A stretch of DNA of 64,000 bases, taken from Nostoc sp. (GTDB lineage: Bacteria > Cyanobacteriota > Cyanobacteriia > Cyanobacteriales > Nostocaceae). The notes beneath the pieces were generated by a model that saw only the letters and a list, made by a program, of their open reading frames with translations, was not told the origin of the DNA and ran no database searches. The stretch is taken from assembly GCA_036918135.1 (NCBI GenBank), contig JBALDB010000033.1, positions 29,226 through 93,225 of the forward strand, given 5' to 3'. Shown piece by piece: positions 61,328 to 64,000 of this stretch (position 1 is the first letter of the stretch; each line of letters opens with the position of its first letter). Position numbers and translations under genes: made by a program.

Positions 61328-61787
61328 AAAAAGTCACAATTAAAGAGTCAAAAGTCACAATTCAGGAGTCAGGAGTTATTTATCTCCCTCATCTCCTGGT
61401 TGGTGAATTTTGACTACGCAAAAATCGAGCGAAGTCGAACCACATCTCCCTTATCTTTTTGTGCCCTCTGCCTCCTAAAATGACAGTGCTAAAAGTACCA
61501 TAGATGTCATTCCGATATCAGCTAAGCGTTCAAGATGACCCAATTATTAGCTTGATTTATCACCAGAAACTCCGGAGATCCCGCTTGTCCATCGACAATC
61601 GGGAATGGGATGATGAGGATACCGTGGGAAATTTGAATCAGTGTTCAGTTATCAATAAACAGTTACCACGCTGATATGGGAAACTCAAACCCAATCAATA
61701 AAACTGTTAACTGTTAACTGTGAAAATAACCCCGACAAGAGTGAGAAGCTCAAAGAGTGCTAACCCGTCGTTAAAAACAATCATATT

Positions 61788-63800
61788 ATGGCTGTTGCAA
61801 CCCAATCCCTCGAAGAACTTTGTATTAACTCGATCCGCTTCTTGGCTGTTGATGCCGTAGAAAAGGCAAAATCGGGACACCCAGGGCTGCCGATGGGCGC
61901 GGCTCCAATGGCTTTTGTGCTATGGGAGCGCTTTTTGCGGTTTAACCCCAAAAATCCGAAATGGTTTAACCGCGATCGCTTTGTTCTGTCCGCCGGTCAT
62001 GGCTCGATGTTGCAGTATGCCTTGCTCTACCTATATGGCTACGACAGCGTGTCCATTGAGGATATTAAGCAGTTCCGTCAGTGGGAATCCAAAACACCCG
62101 GACACCCGGAAAACTTTATGACTGCTGGTGTAGAAGTCACCACCGGCCCATTAGGTCAAGGAATTGCCAATGGAGTCGGTTTGGCAATAGCAGAAGCACA
62201 CCTTGCCGCCAAATACAATAAACCAGATGCGAAGATTGTTGACCATTACACTTACGTAATTTTAGGTGATGGTTGCAACATGGAAGGAGTTTCCGGTGAA
62301 GCTTGTTCTTTTGCGGGTCACTTGGGATTAGGCAAACTCATCGCTCTCTATGACGATAATCATATTTCCATCGACGGTTCCACAGATGTAGCATTTACCG
62401 AAGATGTTTCCAAGCGCTTTGAAGCATACGGTTGGCATGTCCAGCATGTTAAGGAGGGCAATACCGACTTAGAAGGAATTGCCGAAGCAATTGAAGCCGC
62501 TAAAGCAGTCACCGATAAGCCTTCTTTTATTAAAGTGACAACCACTATCGGTTTCGGTTCACCTAACAAAGCAAACACTGCTGGCGTTCACGGTGCTGCC
62601 TTGGGTGGAGACGAAGTGGCATTGACTCGTAAAAATTTGGGTTGGGAACACGAGCCTTTCGTAGTTCCCCAAGATATTCTTAACCACACGGGCAAAGCAG
62701 TAGAACGCGGCGCAGGCTACGAAGAAGACTGGAACAAGACATACAGCGACTACAAATCTAAGTATCCTCAAGAAGGGGCTGAGTTTGAACGTTACCTGAA
62801 TGGTAAACTGCCTGACGGCTGGGATAAAGTACTGCCTACTTACACTGCTGAAGATAAAGCACTGCCCACCCGTAAGCACTCAGAAACCTGCCTTAACAAA
62901 CTAGCAGCAGTTTTACCTGAGTTAATCGGTGGTTCGGCTGACTTAACCCACTCTAACCTTACTGAAATCAAGGGTCAGGGCGACTTTCAAAAAGGACAAT
63001 ACCAAAACCCCAATATCCACTTTGGCGTGCGGGAACACGGTATGGGTGCAATCTGTAATGGTATAGCGCTGCATGATTCAGGATTAATTCCTTACGGAGC
63101 CACCTTTTTAATCTTCACAGATTACATGCGGGCTTCAATCCGCTTATCAGCCCTTTCCCAAGCCGGCGTGATTTGGGTGATGACCCACGACTCCATTGGG
63201 CAAGGTGAAGATGGGCCGACGCACCAACCAATCGAAACTCTGGCTTCCCTGCGCGCTATTCCTAACCTCACAGTGATTCGCCCCGCAGACGGTAACGAAA
63301 CCTCTGGCGCTTACAAAGTAGCAGTTGAGAGGGCAAAGCGAAACGCTCCTACCCTGTTAGCATTCACTCGTCAAAATGTCCCCAACTTAGCAGGTACGTC
63401 GTTGGAAGATGTGGCAAAGGGTGGCTACACGGTGGTAGATTCTGATGGTACACCAGAGCTAATTATAATTGGTACTGGTTCAGAATTGAGCCTCGCCGTT
63501 ACCGCAGCCGAGAAACTTAAAGCTGAAGGTAAGAAAGTCCGTGTTGTTTCGCTACCTGCGTGGGATTTATTTGAAGCACAGGATGCAGCTTATAAAGAGT
63601 CTGTTTTGCCGAAAGCTGTCACCAAGCGCTTGGCTGTAGAAGCTGCTGCTAGTTTCGGTTGGCATAAGTATATAGGTATGGAAGGCGATACTGTTACCAT
63701 CGATCGCTTTGGTGCTTCCGCTCCTGGTGGTGTTTGCTTAGAGAAGTTTGGTTTTAGCGTTGATAATGTATTAGCTAAAGCTAAGCAATTATTGGGTTAA
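61788..63800 (+). CDS. tkt: transketolase
   Basis: [29 protein letters not shown]. Confidence 0.97.
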   Translation: MAVATQSLEELCINSIRFLAVDAVEKAKSGHPGLPMGAAPMAFVLWERFLRFNPKNPKWFNRDRFVLSAGHGSMLQYALLYLYGYDSVSIEDIKQFRQWESKTPGHPENFMTAGVEVTTGPLGQGIANGVGLAIAEAHLAAKYNKPDAKIVDHYTYVILGDGCNMEGVSGEACSFAGHLGLGKLIALYDDNHISIDGSTDVAFTEDVSKRFEAYGWHVQHVKEGNTDLEGIAEAIEAAKAVTDKPSFIKVTTTIGFGSPNKANTAGVHGAALGGDEVALTRKNLGWEHEPFVVPQDILNHTGKAVERGAGYEEDWNKTYSDYKSKYPQEGAEFERYLNGKLPDGWDKVLPTYTAEDKALPTRKHSETCLNKLAAVLPELIGGSADLTHSNLTEIKGQGDFQKGQYQNPNIHFGVREHGMGAICNGIALHDSGLIPYGATFLIFTDYMRASIRLSALSQAGVIWVMTHDSIGQGEDGPTHQPIETLASLRAIPNLTVIRPADGNETSGAYKVAVERAKRNAPTLLAFTRQNVPNLAGTSLEDVAKGGYTVVDSDGTPELIIIGTGSELSLAVTAAEKLKAEGKKVRVVSLPAWDLFEAQDAAYKESVLPKAVTKRLAVEAAASFGWHKYIGMEGDTVTIDRFGASAPGGVCLEKFGFSVDNVLAKAKQLLG

Positions 63801-63829
63801 TAGCAACAGAATATTCTCAAAATTTTGTA

Positions 63830-63863
63830 GGGTGGGCAGCAAAGCCCGCCTTTTTTATTTTTT
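63830..63863 (+). terminator. intrinsic terminator after tkt
   Basis: GGGTGGGC-AGCAAA-GCCCGCC followed by a T-run. Confidence 0.7.
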
Positions 63864-64000
63864 AAAGGTAAAAGGTGACTAAGGGAGATTGTTTATGATT
63901 AACAGGAGTTCGACGGAACTAAAAAATGGTAGGAGGTAGTGCAGGCAAATCTTTTGGGTAAATGTCAATCGAGGGTTTTTTAGGCAAATAGGTATAAGCA

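Noticed and set aside
61330..61787. Riboswitch or sRNA in the long fabF-tkt spacer
   Set aside because: Only heptamer repeats and short hairpins were seen; no family motif recognised by eye, and an Rfam scan would be needed

Overview
64 kb from a filamentous Nostocales-type cyanobacterium, inferred from abundant HIP1 GCGATCGC octamers, STRR heptamer repeats and the acpP-fabF-tkt locus. Housekeeping genes (acs, ndbB, lpxD, hdrB-like, TldD/PmbA, ClC, MarR-EmrAB-type efflux, GH13) alternate with accessory blocks. Best candidate for an under-described system: a four-gene AT-rich cassette at 41.2-44.7 kb encoding (1) an aGPT-Pplase1/5-hmdU-modification-type protein ending in a beta-clamp-like QLCLF motif, (2) DUF1643, (3) MazG plus MazG-C and (4) a dCTP-deaminase-fold protein. 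Protein 4 lacks the canonical catalytic residues, and its putative membrane anchor is out of frame behind an A6 run. The cassette may be a DNA-base-modification or nucleotide-sensing anti-phage module; that role is inference. Other highlights: a CHAT protease/sigma-like/DUF1822 cluster cut by a dead IS701 element without target duplication; a 2000-aa Ser/Thr kinase-AAA-GAF-histidine kinase containing a DXCF cyanobacteriochrome-type GAF; several MITE-like elements; a 21-nt element inserted in frame into a HIP1 site; 21-bp tandem repeats; and several pseudogenes. No rRNA, tRNA or CRISPR array was recognised. All family assignments come from motif recognition by eye, not database searches.
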